Source: Selaginella moellendorffii (taxonomy: Eukaryota > Plantae > Lycopodiophyta). Taken from it: a stretch of DNA of 64,000 nt. Position numbers and translations under genes: made by a program. This document shows, piece after piece, positions 23,888-35,075 of this stretch; the stretch's first letter is position 1; every line of letters starts with the position of its first letter. The notes under the pieces were generated by a model. That model saw only the letters and a program-made list of their open reading frames with translations. It had not been told where the DNA came from and ran no database searches. The stretch spans positions 518,463 through 582,462 of the forward strand of contig NW_003314266.1 of the NCBI RefSeq assembly GCF_000143415.4, in the 5' to 3' direction.

Positions 23888-25680
23888 CTACGAGCCTCTT
23901 CTGGGGCAGCGATAGCACTTTGCGAACAGTCCAAACTCGTGAGCTTGGTTCCTTAGCACGCTGATGCTCGCCCACGTTGCAAAGCCACCGGCCATGATTG
24001 CCATCCAAAGGATGGCTCCCAAGTTCATGCAGTGGAGGCTTAACCAGCTCATGCCAAACGGAGGCTGCTCGATTGCATTCTAAACAGCAGTGAGGTTAGA
24101 TTAGTCTTGAGAACCGTGGCAGAGGTTTCATGCAGTACCTTTTGAGATTTGGAAGTCCAATAGACGAGCACGGACGCAGCACAGGGAATGACGTATAGCC
24201 AGGTCATAAAAATGGACCCAGCCGCCGAGCTCAAAGTTCCATAAAACGGGAACATAATAGCCACCAACAAGGATGCCATAAAGACTGGAGTTCTGACCAA
24301 CGTTTTCTTCCAGTAGCTTGGAGACTGATGAACTTTAAACCACTTCTCTACAATAATATATAGAGGCTGTGACAAAATCCCATACTGGATGAGCTGCTCA
24401 GCACGGCCGTCAATAGTATAGATAGAGAACCGCGTGTTTTGGGTTGAATACCTGGTGTAGGAGCATAAGAACCACTGCCGCATCACGAAATTTTGTGCGT
24501 GGGAGCATAGAGAAGACATTGTACTGCACGTTGTCTCCGAAAGCCCAGTAGACGCTTATAATCGAAAACAGCACCACAGGTGTCATGAACAAGTCCGAAT
24601 AGAGAGAAGTCAGCTTATATTTTGAAGGTTGCCACATCGCATCCATTAGCTCCCTGCAAAGTAAAGATTCAAAGTCGAGTCTAGAACTTGAGTAAAAGCT
24701 TACACTGGGATCGCATGAGCTCCAAATATGATAGTGCTAGCAAACCCGTTAAAGTAGCTCCTGATGCTGTGAGGTGCTGTGTGCCTCAGGTCGTCATCCT
24801 GCACGAAGCTTGGCTCAGAACCGCTCGAAACACACAATATATACCTGGTGAATTGCCAAAGAAGCAAATGCCATATACAAAGCAGTGTAAACGATCATCA
24901 CAAGACCGGCGAAAGACCACATTCTATAGTTCCGAAGGGAGGGAATGAAGACAGTGGTTGCAAAGCATGAACCGAGGACTAAAGTCCAAGTTCTTCGTTC
25001 TAACTTGTCATTGATGTAGTATACGATGCTGCAAACATTCGAATTTGAATGATTTGGAACACCGAATTCATCACTTACTTTCCAACAGCAACCATTTGAA
25101 TAGCTGCAAAGCTGAACATGATTCCAAAGTTAAATATCAGTGTGATTGTTTCCCAGCGGCGTCCTAAAAGACCGCCAAGAACCTCGTGCATCTGCTAGAC
25201 GTAAAGACGTAAAAAACACCAGTTTCTTCGTGAAAAGCCACTCACTCCACCTGTATAGTGTGGCGCTTGAAAGAGTGGGGGTCGTCTTTCAGCCTATTAT
25301 GACGATACTGCAGGTACAAGGTGTTCATCATCCAAGCGCTCCAGCAGCCTACAGTAGACTGAATCAAGATAGCAAGTATGCCAGAAACAAATCCCATTTG
25401 CGACATTGCAAAAGGTAGCGATACTAGCAGTTGCGATATCTGTTAACAGATACCAGAAATTCCAGTGGAAGTAAGAAAAACAAAACCATACCTTGGTTGT
25501 CGACATGTTCAGCCAGGCATCAAAGGTAGAACCCCCATCGCAAAAGACCGTCGAAAAGAAACGCGAAATCGTGGGAGTAGAACCGAAGGAGATGTAAATG
25601 CCAGACGCACTAGCGTCAGACGAAACATGAAGATGATTTGCTTCTCCAGTCTCTGCATCGGCATCATCGTAGGAGGACAT
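23888..25680 (-). CDS. Highly diverged AUX1/LAX-family (AAAP) transporter, copy 1
   Basis: Spliced product collinear with AUX1/LAX: DGGSTFDAW, SLPFAMSQMG, FKRHTIQ/MHEVLGGLLG, YYINDKLERRTWT, TTVFIPSLRNYRMWSF, GAHAIPV/ELMDAMWQP, VYWAFGD, RDAAVVLMLLHQ, NAIEQPP, FGLFAKCYRC; stop at 23888. Confidence 0.9.
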
Positions 25681-26093
25681 CCTTAGATCTTGCGGCAGGG
25701 AAATCTAAAGTTTTTGTGCATACCATATTCTAAAGTCAAAAATTGTTGTCAATGTTTGATGGCGTCTGACGTTATAAGTATGTTCTAGCGATGATTTCTT
25801 CCGCCATCCAAGCAGCTTCTCATAAAGCTGCGCCACTAAGGTATGACGGAATGAGATCATCAGCACCTGGGCGTTATTTACAAAACATATTAAAACAATT
25901 ACGTCGTACTACGTATTTACGTCCGGTCAAGCTGCTTCCAGAACACGTAACGTTCAAGTCGGTCAAGTCGAGGAACTTTACCAATTGAATCTGTGCCAAG
26001 GTCCTACAGTGAAAGCAATATCAGTCAATCTCCTCAATCGTCACTCCGGCACTCACCTAAAGAAGCCGAGGAGCCCTGAGCGCACCGAGCAGC
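25681..26093. promoter_or_regulatory. Putative bidirectional promoter between AUX1/LAX-like and OMT genes
   Basis: 413 bp between divergent ATGs; ACGT cluster at about 25900-25955 and ggtcaa W-box cores at 25925 and 25961. Confidence 0.6.
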
Positions 26094-27258
26094 ATGGAAG
26101 ACGAAAGTTGGATGAAGCTCATATTGATCAACCAGGGACACTTCATCTCCTCGTCCCTCAAGGCCTTGGTGAAGCTCAAGGTACCTGACATCCTCAACAA
26201 AGCCGCACCCTCCTTGCTCTCCCCAGTAGAGATCTGCGACCAGCTGCCGCTGCGCAGCAAAGCCACTCTAGATTCTTCCGCATCTCAGCTGGGTCGACTT
26301 ATGCGTGCTCTGGCCATGTTTGGTGTCTTCCAAGAGTGCCCCTCGTCAGAGGGAGAACAGAGGTATGGCCTCAACGCCGTCTCCAAGCACCTAGTCACAG
26401 AAGGCAATAGCGAGTCAATGGTACCATCGATGATGTTTTTCCCGAAGCAGTATAATGTATGGGACTTGTTACCTGACGCTATACTCGAAGGTGTACAGCC
26501 AGGCTCCAAAGCTCATGGTGGAAAGTCGGTGTTCGAGCTGGACCCAGCCATCGTCAAGGTGTTCAACACCGTCATGTCAGCTTACACGAGACGTACCATG
26601 CGGCTCGCTCTGCAAGTTTACGACGGCTTCCAGCATGCGGAGGTGATTGTGGATGTCGGTGGCAGCTTGGGAGCGTCTCTAGAAATCATCCTTGCCAAGT
26701 ACCCGAACGTCAAAGGGATTAACTTCGATCTCCCAGCGGTCGTGGAACACGCTGCAAAAGTACAAGGTTCGTCACAAATTTGTATGTGTCTTGGAATGCA
26801 CTTACTATCTAATCTTCAGGTATGGAAAACGTCGGAGGAGACATGTTCGTCTCCGTTCCTCAAGGAGACCTCATGTTGCTGAAGGTAAAAAGATGTCTAC
26901 GGCCAAGATGGAAAATCTAAGAGCTAGACTTTGGCATTTACTTTTGCAGTGGGTTCTACACGACTGGAATGACGAAAAAGCTATCAAGATCCTTGAAAAC
27001 TGCCGCCAATCACTTGCAGAGGGGGGCAAGGTGGTGGTAATTGATGCACTTCTGCCGGAGGTGGCTGAAAAAAGCGAGGAATACAGCCTGGCTGACAAGA
27101 ATGCAGTTTTGTATGATCTAGCTATGCTAACAACAGGAGAAGCAGCAAAGGAGAGAACTTACAAGGAGTTGGAGCAAGTTGCGATGGCTGCCGGCTTCTC
27201 CAGCTTATCAGTCAGAGCTAGAGTCGACTCTGCCTCCATTATCGAGATCTATCCTTAA
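26094..27258 (+). CDS. SAM-dependent O-methyltransferase (COMT-like, class II), 3 exons, copy 1
   Basis: N-terminal dimerisation domain (LGRLMRALA, YGLNAVSK), VDVGGSLG, GINFDLP, GGDMF, KWVLHDW catalytic His, KERTYKE; introns ~26767-26819 and ~26885-26949. Confidence 0.95.
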
Positions 27259-27301
27259 AAATTCCAGACAATCAGTGCAATCGAGATATTTGTGAAACGC
27301 A

Positions 27302-28660
27302 TTACCTGCTTGATGCTGTTGCTGGTTGCTGTTCGCGAGAAATCACGTCGTCCTCTGTATCGTCACTGGTTCCATCACTAAAGTCGTTACTGTCGCTCAC
27401 TTCTGCCGGATGATCACTTTCATAAGTTGTGTCCTCCAGTTCTTCATCGTTAACGGCCTTGGAAAGATCCGGCTCAGCCTCAGGCGAGGAATCTGGAGTA
27501 CAAAGACTGCTCCGGCTTCTTCTTCGCGGATCTGTTAGAGGTAGCAAGCTCCGCTTAAGTGGTCTCTTCTTCCTCGAAACAAGCGCCAGTTCCACGTACT
27601 TCCGACGCAAATCAATGTACGGGGACATCTCAATCTTGTAGTCCCAGTGGTAAGCTTCCCTCAAGAACACGAAGTAATAGTTGTTGAGCCGTTCCATGGC
27701 GAAGAACAGCGACTCCCTCCGTAAAAACTTGGCCAAGTCCTCTGGAAGCTGGAGCTCGTCTTTGAGAATCGCTAGATCTCTCACATTCGCTCGCTTCAGC
27801 AACGTCAAGCTTAGAAACTCGTGACAAACCGCGAGAGACCGCTTCCGCGCCTCTGGCGAGCCATCAGGATCGTCAACTTTACCACCACGCTCGTATGGAG
27901 AATCAAACCGGCGCTTCTGGAAGGACAAGAGCTTCAGGTATCTGTCCCTTTCCATCTCGCAGTTGTTCTCGAAAGCTACTCGAAAGCTGTGAACATTTCC
28001 CTCGCAAAACTTGTCCTTGCGGCTCGGGTCTATATGTTTTACCCCCCGGAGCTCTCGAGCCGTGACCGCTAGCGCTGGATCCCAAGCCCCCAGCTCCAGC
28101 ATCGCGTCGTCCTTTTGGTTCCTGGTGATCGTGAAAAAATCCGGGAACCTGACCAGGGTGGTGGTCTCGAAATCCTCGGAGAAGCCAAAGCACGGCTTGA
28201 GAATGCTAAGCTTCTTCACTGGAATCCTCCCTTCCTTGGCCATCATCAAGAGCTTCCTCAAGACCTGGACAGCATACGGCTCGTGCTGCTTTAGAACTTC
28301 CTCCTCCCTCTTCATGAGGTGCTTCATCGTCTCGGTCAGCTCCACAATCTTACGGGACTCCTTGTCACACATCTCAAACATGAGCCGGAATTTCCTCAGA
28401 AAGAAGTCGGAGTCCCTGTTGCGAAATCCCAGCTTCTTGGCGATCTTTTGAAACCGCGCCTTTGAGACGAGCTCCTTGGCAGCCACGGCCCCGGCCACAC
28501 GATGGATGAGCCGCATTTCCTTCTCGCGCACGGCGAGCTTGGCGTAGGTCATCGCGTCCTGGCCGCCGCTGAATCCGCCCATAGATCGCTTGCTCGAGAC
28601 CATACATCCTGTAAGAATGCGAATCCCTGTGGCGGATCCCAGTACCTGGCGTTGCCGCAT
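27302..28660 (-). CDS. PORR (plant organelle RNA recognition) domain protein
   Basis: LRKLLMMA, LGAWDPALAVT, FQKRRFDSPYE, ARKRSLAVCHEFLSLTL, VFLREAY; intronless. Confidence 0.88.
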   Translation of the reverse strand: MRQRQVLGSATGIRILTGCMVSSKRSMGGFSGGQDAMTYAKLAVREKEMRLIHRVAGAVAAKELVSKARFQKIAKKLGFRNRDSDFFLRKFRLMFEMCDKESRKIVELTETMKHLMKREEEVLKQHEPYAVQVLRKLLMMAKEGRIPVKKLSILKPCFGFSEDFETTTLVRFPDFFTITRNQKDDAMLELGAWDPALAVTARELRGVKHIDPSRKDKFCEGNVHSFRVAFENNCEMERDRYLKLLSFQKRRFDSPYERGGKVDDPDGSPEARKRSLAVCHEFLSLTLLKRANVRDLAILKDELQLPEDLAKFLRRESLFFAMERLNNYYFVFLREAYHWDYKIEMSPYIDLRRKYVELALVSRKKRPLKRSLLPLTDPRRRSRSSLCTPDSSPEAEPDLSKAVNDEELEDTTYESDHPAEVSDSNDFSDGTSDDTEDDVISREQQPATASSR

Positions 28661-28757
28661 CGCGCTTGTAAAGCCCTAAACCTTTCTTCCCGGAAGAACC
28701 CTAAAAAGAATAGCTTTTTAACAGTGAATCATCTAATCTAACATAGATAAGACAATA

Positions 28758-29152
28758 TTATTGTCCTCGTATATCTAAGGTGGTCCTCGAGCAATTTGCA
28801 CACTGCTTGCAGAGGTCGCACTTATCCTTGCCCAGGTCCTCTCGCAAACTGCGCATGTCCTCACCCAGTTCCTGGTGCAGTTTGTGCAGCTCCTCACTCA
28901 GTTTTTTGTGCAGGTCCTCGAGCAAATCCTCGCCCAATTTGCGCAGGGCCTCCAGCAACATCTCGCCCAAGTCCACAGTCTCGCTACAAATCAAAAGTCA
29001 ACCAAAGATGAGGAACAAACAAACTTACGTGATGGGTGGATTTCATTCACACCCTTTAACTTGCAGCCGTCTTCGAACACTCTGCAGTGCTGTGTCATGG
29101 GACACCAAGATGTTAACAGTAGTAGTGCTATCATTAAAAGTATTTGATTCAT
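28758..29152 (-). pseudogene. Frameshifted copy of the small coiled-coil gene at 43340-43735
   Basis: One base shorter (ggg vs gggg at ~29034) before the intron, so exon 2 is out of frame. Confidence 0.4.
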
Positions 29153-29159
29153 GTTAGTC

Positions 29160-29440
29160 GAACAGCCATGAGCTCCTGCTGGGCAAAAGCCTGGAGGATC
29201 GAATTCCACGAGAAAATGTCCCTGTGTGGCATCCCGGGGAAGAAGAAGGCCGCGTAGGCCTCGAATTGCGTTGCCTCGGAGAATGCCTGTAAAAGGTCTG
29301 GATTCGCGGTGTAGACGGCCTCCGCATCCCTCCATTTGCCATACATGTAACGATCATGTTGGAGAGGTGTCGATTCGGCCAGTAGCTGGTCTCCAGGATC
29401 CGCGCGTGGATCCTCCTGGCGTGAGCCAAATCCCTGGCAG
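29160..29440 (-). pseudogene. PPR gene fragment
   Basis: ARRIHARIL..NRHLSNMIV and MPHRDIFSWNSILQAFAQ in different frames. Confidence 0.7.
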
Positions 29441-30485
29441 ACCCTGTTCATACAGGGCCGCGGGATGTCGTCCACGTGAACAGTCAGATGGATTCCAAAG
29501 ATTCGCATCTTTCTTTGCATTGCAAATCTAATGAGACGGGAACTCCTTCACTGTCTTGGTGTTGAGCACTGCAATCCGATAAATCCCTGTCTCAGGATCT
29601 ACATTCATCGTCTCAATGCTAGAGCATCTTCCAAACTGTTTGTGAGCAGATTGGCCACAGTGAGCGAGAGGCAGAGAAGTGGGCTCGAACGGGCGGCCGG
29701 AGAAAGGATGCACTACTTCCTGAGGCAATCTAGAAACGAGCGAAAGAAATGCAGTACCAGGAGCGGCACCACCACGCGCATCCACATAGGCTGTGGACAT
29801 CGAGTCGCAGGAATATGCCCATGAACAATTCTTCCTCATCGACCCGATCGAAGGCCCATCGCCATACTACCTCGCGATAGGGAGAAAGAGAAAATATGTG
29901 GAAACTTTTGGGGGACAAATCCCAGAGCGCCTACGAAGGAGTGTGTCTGTGTGGATGTTTGTGAGTTGGGCCCGTTTCCGCACTATTCTACGTTGACGCT
30001 GCCGACAGGTGACACATGTAACTTCATGAACACCTGGGAAACTAGCGAAAACATCTGTGTGTTTATACATGCGCTGATGGCAGCGCTCATCATTCTAAGT
30101 TTTGATTTGATCATAGAATGTTATTTGTTGTGATATTTAGCTGTCCAGAATCAGACCTGCGAGCTTGCGGCTCCTATATGGAGCTGCATCCCTCTTTTGT
30201 TCATCTTAAGTTACTAAGTTTGTAGGCTCGACCTGGTTGGGAGTCTCACTTACTGAGAAAAGAAACTGTAAACTAAGAGTGCAAGATTTCCCAGCGCTTA
30301 CTTGATTGCTCATCTTTCCACTTTGGTTTGCAACAAATTGTTGCTGTTTATTTTTTCCACTTTTCTTGCCTGATTTCTAGAACTTCGGATAGCAAAGAAA
30401 TGACCGAAGAATCATTTGCTTCCAATCTCAGACATACCGTCGTATATATATCTTTCTAGTTGTTTTGAGAAGATTAAAAGTGCGC

Positions 30486-30872
30486 TTAGCAACCAGTGAC
30501 ATAATCCGCCTTGAACTGGCAGCCGTCATTGTAAGTCTTGATACCACACTTGCCGCAGTTACGAGCACGGAGTTCGTCAAAGGCAGTGATCATCTCAGAG
30601 CCATTGAGGTCGCAGTTGGAGCCAGAGACAAAGAGGCCACAGTGGCCAGAGCAGACGCCGCTGGAGCCTTTGTTGCCGCCGGTGAAGTAGCGGTTGCTAG
30701 GCTGAATCTGGCGGCGAGCAGCATCACAGTCGCTCTGTGCGAGATCCTTGCACAGTGTAGAGCCAGCGCACGAGAAGGAGTCCTGAGCATGAGAGCCTTG
30801 CAACAACATGATGATCATGAGATTCACAACAAGTAAGACATTGAGAGCTAGCGCCATGCTCGTCGACTTCAT
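30486..30872 (-). CDS. Secreted 10-cysteine KP4 killer-toxin-like protein (128 aa)
   Basis: Hydrophobic signal peptide ending SHA-Q. Mature part has CAGSTLC, VCSGHCGLFV, NCGKCG and ADYVTGC*, resembling KP4 CxGSxxC, CxxCG and NYVxxC. Intronless. Confidence 0.72.
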   Translation of the reverse strand: MKSTSMALALNVLLVVNLMIIMLLQGSHAQDSFSCAGSTLCKDLAQSDCDAARRQIQPSNRYFTGGNKGSSGVCSGHCGLFVSGSNCDLNGSEMITAFDELRARNCGKCGIKTYNDGCQFKADYVTGC

Positions 30873-32479
30873 GGTTACTAAGTTACTGATAGATCTCGAG
30901 CCCATTATTTGTATGGTGTGGGCTGGCATAGAAGCGGGTCTAGCTTTGCTTCCAGCAAGACTTCCAAAACTTAGGCGGTCAAGGAGGAACCCATTTATTA
31001 ATGCATACAGGTCACAACTTGACGACTTTCACATAGATGGACACGTAGAAGAAAGTTCTATAGAAAGCTTCAGTTGTATTTTATTAAAATCTCATTTGTC
31101 TTGTTAAAAATTTGCTCTTCTGTCACCGGCAATAGTGTTTATACATATCAGCTCGATCTACATTGCCGAGCCACCGAGTCCATTGGCAGGCTAATGGCCT
31201 CATTTTGATCATAATATCCAGTGGCATTTTCGAATTGTCCTTAGGAATAGTATTAGTCAAGATCTAAATAGGTAATACATATATATATACATACATATAT
31301 ATGTTATAATTATATATACACTTAACTAAATAATATTAAGAGGAGAAGCTTGTAATATCAGCTTTCATACATAGTTACAGGAGTCATTGTAAAAAGAACA
31401 TTAATCACTGTTTGGTGTTGGGTGTGAGGAGTATATGTACACAGGACTGGGGGGTCAATTTTCTGGGCTCCAGAGGATCTGCCAAAGCTTTTGCTACCAG
31501 GAATTGAACTTGGGTCTCTTGGGTGAGCGTTGAGTATCATGAAGATTATCTTAACTGAATAAAACAATTCCATCATTGCCGCAGTTGAATCCTGAATGCC
31601 CCTCAGATCCAATGCACATTCCAAAGAGAGAGCTTTGCTTGCCCTTGCCTTGGGAGCGGCCTTAATGGGCTGTGGCAACAGACACATGGAATAACATTAT
31701 TCAAGGATGAGAGGGTTTTCTAGAACCTGGCAGTTGTCAGCCATGTTCTCATAGAGAACCTGACTTGATCTGATGGCTGCCAATTGCTAAATCTAGTTAA
31801 CAGGCGAGCCACAGCCTGTTAATGTAGGAGAGTGTATCGGGAGTCAATTGTCTACATTCTCCAGTACAATTCAGGGAAGTGGGTCATTGAATCCATGACT
31901 TTTAGCTATGTCCAATCTTGGCTACAACCAGAGCTTTAAGGGAGAGGATCACTTCTATAACCTAGACACCATGCGTTGGAGTCGGCAAGCAGTGAGCCAG
32001 GATCCATTCGGCTACTAGGACTGCAACAAGTATCCAATATGGTATGGAGGCCAGAGGATTTCATTGGTATACAGGGAAGCTAGAGAAGGATGAGGAGCTT
32101 GGTAAATGGGTCACCCTCAGCCATGGTCACATCTGGGAAATACTAGTGGCCACTTTGTGACATCAACATGGAAAGTGAAGAATGGATGGCTTATTTTGTG
32201 ATGGTAATTTTTTGTGTCTTAGTTTATATTATGGTGTACACCATAAAAATGCAGCTGTCATTTATACTATTACCATCTCATCTGGTTGCCGAAGAAACCC
32301 TACTTCGCTTTTATACATTAGATCCAAATGCCTTTAATCTTAGCCTTCTTGACGTTCAATCTAACAACCCTAAACCTTCGTCTTTCGCTAAGCTGTTCAA
32401 ACGAACATGTGGAACCGAGGGAAAGCCCGGAAGTTTAGCTATTGCGCTAAGATCACCCTGATGTCAAGAATATGGTCAG

Positions 32480-34790
32480 CGTATGGAGGATTTTCTTGCT
32501 CTCCTCTCCGTCAACATTTCATTGGTATGTGGAGTCTCTCTATTAAGCACACCACACGATCGCGATCATTTTACTTGTCTCCGCCACCAGAAAAAGCCAT
32601 GGACATTGAAAGGTAGCACGAACGGATACCCGCGTCTATTCCATCAGGTGAAACCAGCATGGATCACCGAGTCTTTCCTCGCTCTAGCATCTCACGTGAT
32701 CTGGCACTGTTTTGCGCAGTTCTACTGCTGCCATGGACTGCTGCATCCATCGGGACGATGAACACTCTGAGACCGATGTGGAGCAAGTCGGACAATCCGA
32801 ACTGGGACGGCCGGGCTCCATACAGGAATTCCTTCGCGCTGTGATTGCTCGAGGCGGGAACACTCATGCCATCGTGCTCAGGTACTTATCCAACGCAAAA
32901 AAACACAGATGCTCCAAGCACTCCCGAGCTCCGGTGGCTACTTCACTTGCGGACTTAGCTACGAGAGCAAAAACCCATTTTGCTGGGGGAATTCCACGAT
33001 GGCCGTTCCATCGGTTTACAGGAATGTCAGCCATAGCAGCTTGAGTGCCGGACAGGATCACGTCTGTGCGCTGAGAAGCAGTGGAAAGATAGACTGCTGG
33101 GGATCAAACGTGGACGGGGAGCTAGACGTACCGAAAATCGCAGCTTTGTCATGGTCTATGGCTACACTTGCGGGCTCATCAAGACTGATGAAGCGTTTTG
33201 CTGGGGATGGGACGCTCCATCCCGTTCACTGCCCAGTGGTACCACCATTGGTGCTTTGTTCTCCGGAGGAACACACGACTGGTAAAGAACAGTAGCGCTC
33301 CGGTTTGTTGGGGATATAACGACCACGGACAGGTCCAGGGCCGGTTGACGACCCAAGCATTTTCTTCGCTAGCTTTGGGACTGTTCCACACTCGTGCGGG
33401 ATAGTGACGGACACAGGGAACGTAGTCTGCTGGGGTGACAATGCTTTCAACCAGACGAATGCCCTGAAAGGCGAGGCCTTTTCAGTCATTTCAGCTGGAG
33501 ACTACTACACTTGGAGCTTGACAGATCAGAGAGGCTCAAGTGCTGGGGAAACTCGGTTGAGTTCGCAGGAGCAAGTATCAAAGTGACCCAAGGATTGTGT
33601 ACAAGTGACGCATGTAGCAAGCAGCAGTACCAGCTTTTGCAAGCTGGCTCGAAGAGGTGTCCGGTTGCTGGCGATGGAGTGTGTCTCGAGTGTTTACGAG
33701 GTAACAAGCAGTGCACGAGAACCGAGCCAACGAAATCGCATGACTCAAGGAACTTAGCAGTGGGATTTTCCATGGGAGGAATCTTCATCCTTGGTGCTGC
33801 TGCTTTTACATCGGCGTATTTTCTTCGGCGACGACCCCAGCGTCCATTTCAATGTGGCTGTTTACCTTGGCGAAGGAAACCATCCACATCGGAGGAATGG
33901 GAGGTTCTAGCAAACAGGCTGGTGACTTTCAGAAGCTCGGAGATCATCCACGCTACACAAGGCTACCACTCAGACATGATCGTCGGGAAAGGTGCCAGCG
34001 GAGTGGTGTACAAGGCTGTTCTTCCGGATGGACGAGCGCTGGCTTTGAAGAAATCCCGTGCCGGTGACAAGTCTTTGATGAAGGAGCTGTCCCTGCTAGC
34101 CAGATCACCACACTTATCTCGTGAACTTGGTGGGATACTGCGCTCAAGAGCAGCTCCTGGCTTTCGAGTTCATGGAAAACGGCTCGCTCTTCGACTGCCT
34201 TTTCAAGAAGCCAGAGATCAGGCTGGAAAGTTCAATTGTAAGACCATAGCTTGTGCAAGAGAACACCACAAGGTTGGAATCAATGGTGAGATCTTGTGAA
34301 GCTCTAGGAAGAAAGTATGCGTCTCCAGAAATACTCCATCGAGATGTGAAGCAGCAAACATACTCTTGGAGGGGGACTGGAACACACACTTGTCCGACTT
34401 TGGCTTCTCCCTCTCGACGTCGGGGAGTAGCACCCGGTTCATGACAGGTGGGAACACCAGGCTACATGGACCCGGAGTGCAAACCATCAAGTTCACCACC
34501 AGAAGCGACGTCTACAGCTTTGGAGTGGTGCTGCTGGAGCTCCTCACAGGTCGACAAGCGATTCAAAGCTCGGAGAAGAGCGTGGTCTTCTCGAGCACGG
34601 TAAGAGCAGCTCTTTCTCGCTGCTTGATCCGAGGATTTACGTTCCAGAGAACTCCGCAGCGCTGGAAGAGGTGCTCGAGCTGGCCCTCCAGTGCACAAGC
34701 TTTGATGGCGATCTTCCTCCCAGTATAAGCGGTGTTGCGAACACTCTGGAGCGTGTGTTGAGCACAGTGGTGAGACGTCCCCAGCGAAAT
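32480..34790 (+). pseudogene. CRINKLY4-like receptor kinase pseudogene (paralog B, unit 1)
   Basis: Crinkly/RCC1 repeats (LSAGQDHVCAL..CWG), TM and kinase fragments scattered over many frames. Confidence 0.9.
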
Positions 34791-35075
34791 TTAAGCATTT
34801 TGAACATTAATGTACGCTTAAACTTGTGGTTTACTTTGAATTTCCCGCCAATGGCTAGGAGCCCTGGGTTTCTCCTAGTCAGCGATGGAGCTCCTCCAAA
34901 ATCACAACTGGTATCCTTGATTTTTCTGTGTTTTTTAGTGAGATTTGGCAACACGTTGTGTAGACATCTCCTTTTTCTCTGTCCAGATCCCAAGCGCGGG
35001 GATGAAAAGTCAGCGTTTTGGAAAAAGTCTTCTCAGCATCCAGTCGAGGTGAGCTAGACCTTTCTCTCCGGGGAA

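Noticed and set aside
26094-27258. Naming the OMT as the lignin COMT, or giving the 2OGD or P450s specific functions
   Set aside because: Motifs give only the family; substrate needs phylogeny and assays.
31350-32200. Possible transposon remnant
   Set aside because: Stops in all frames and no diagnostic motif or ends identified.
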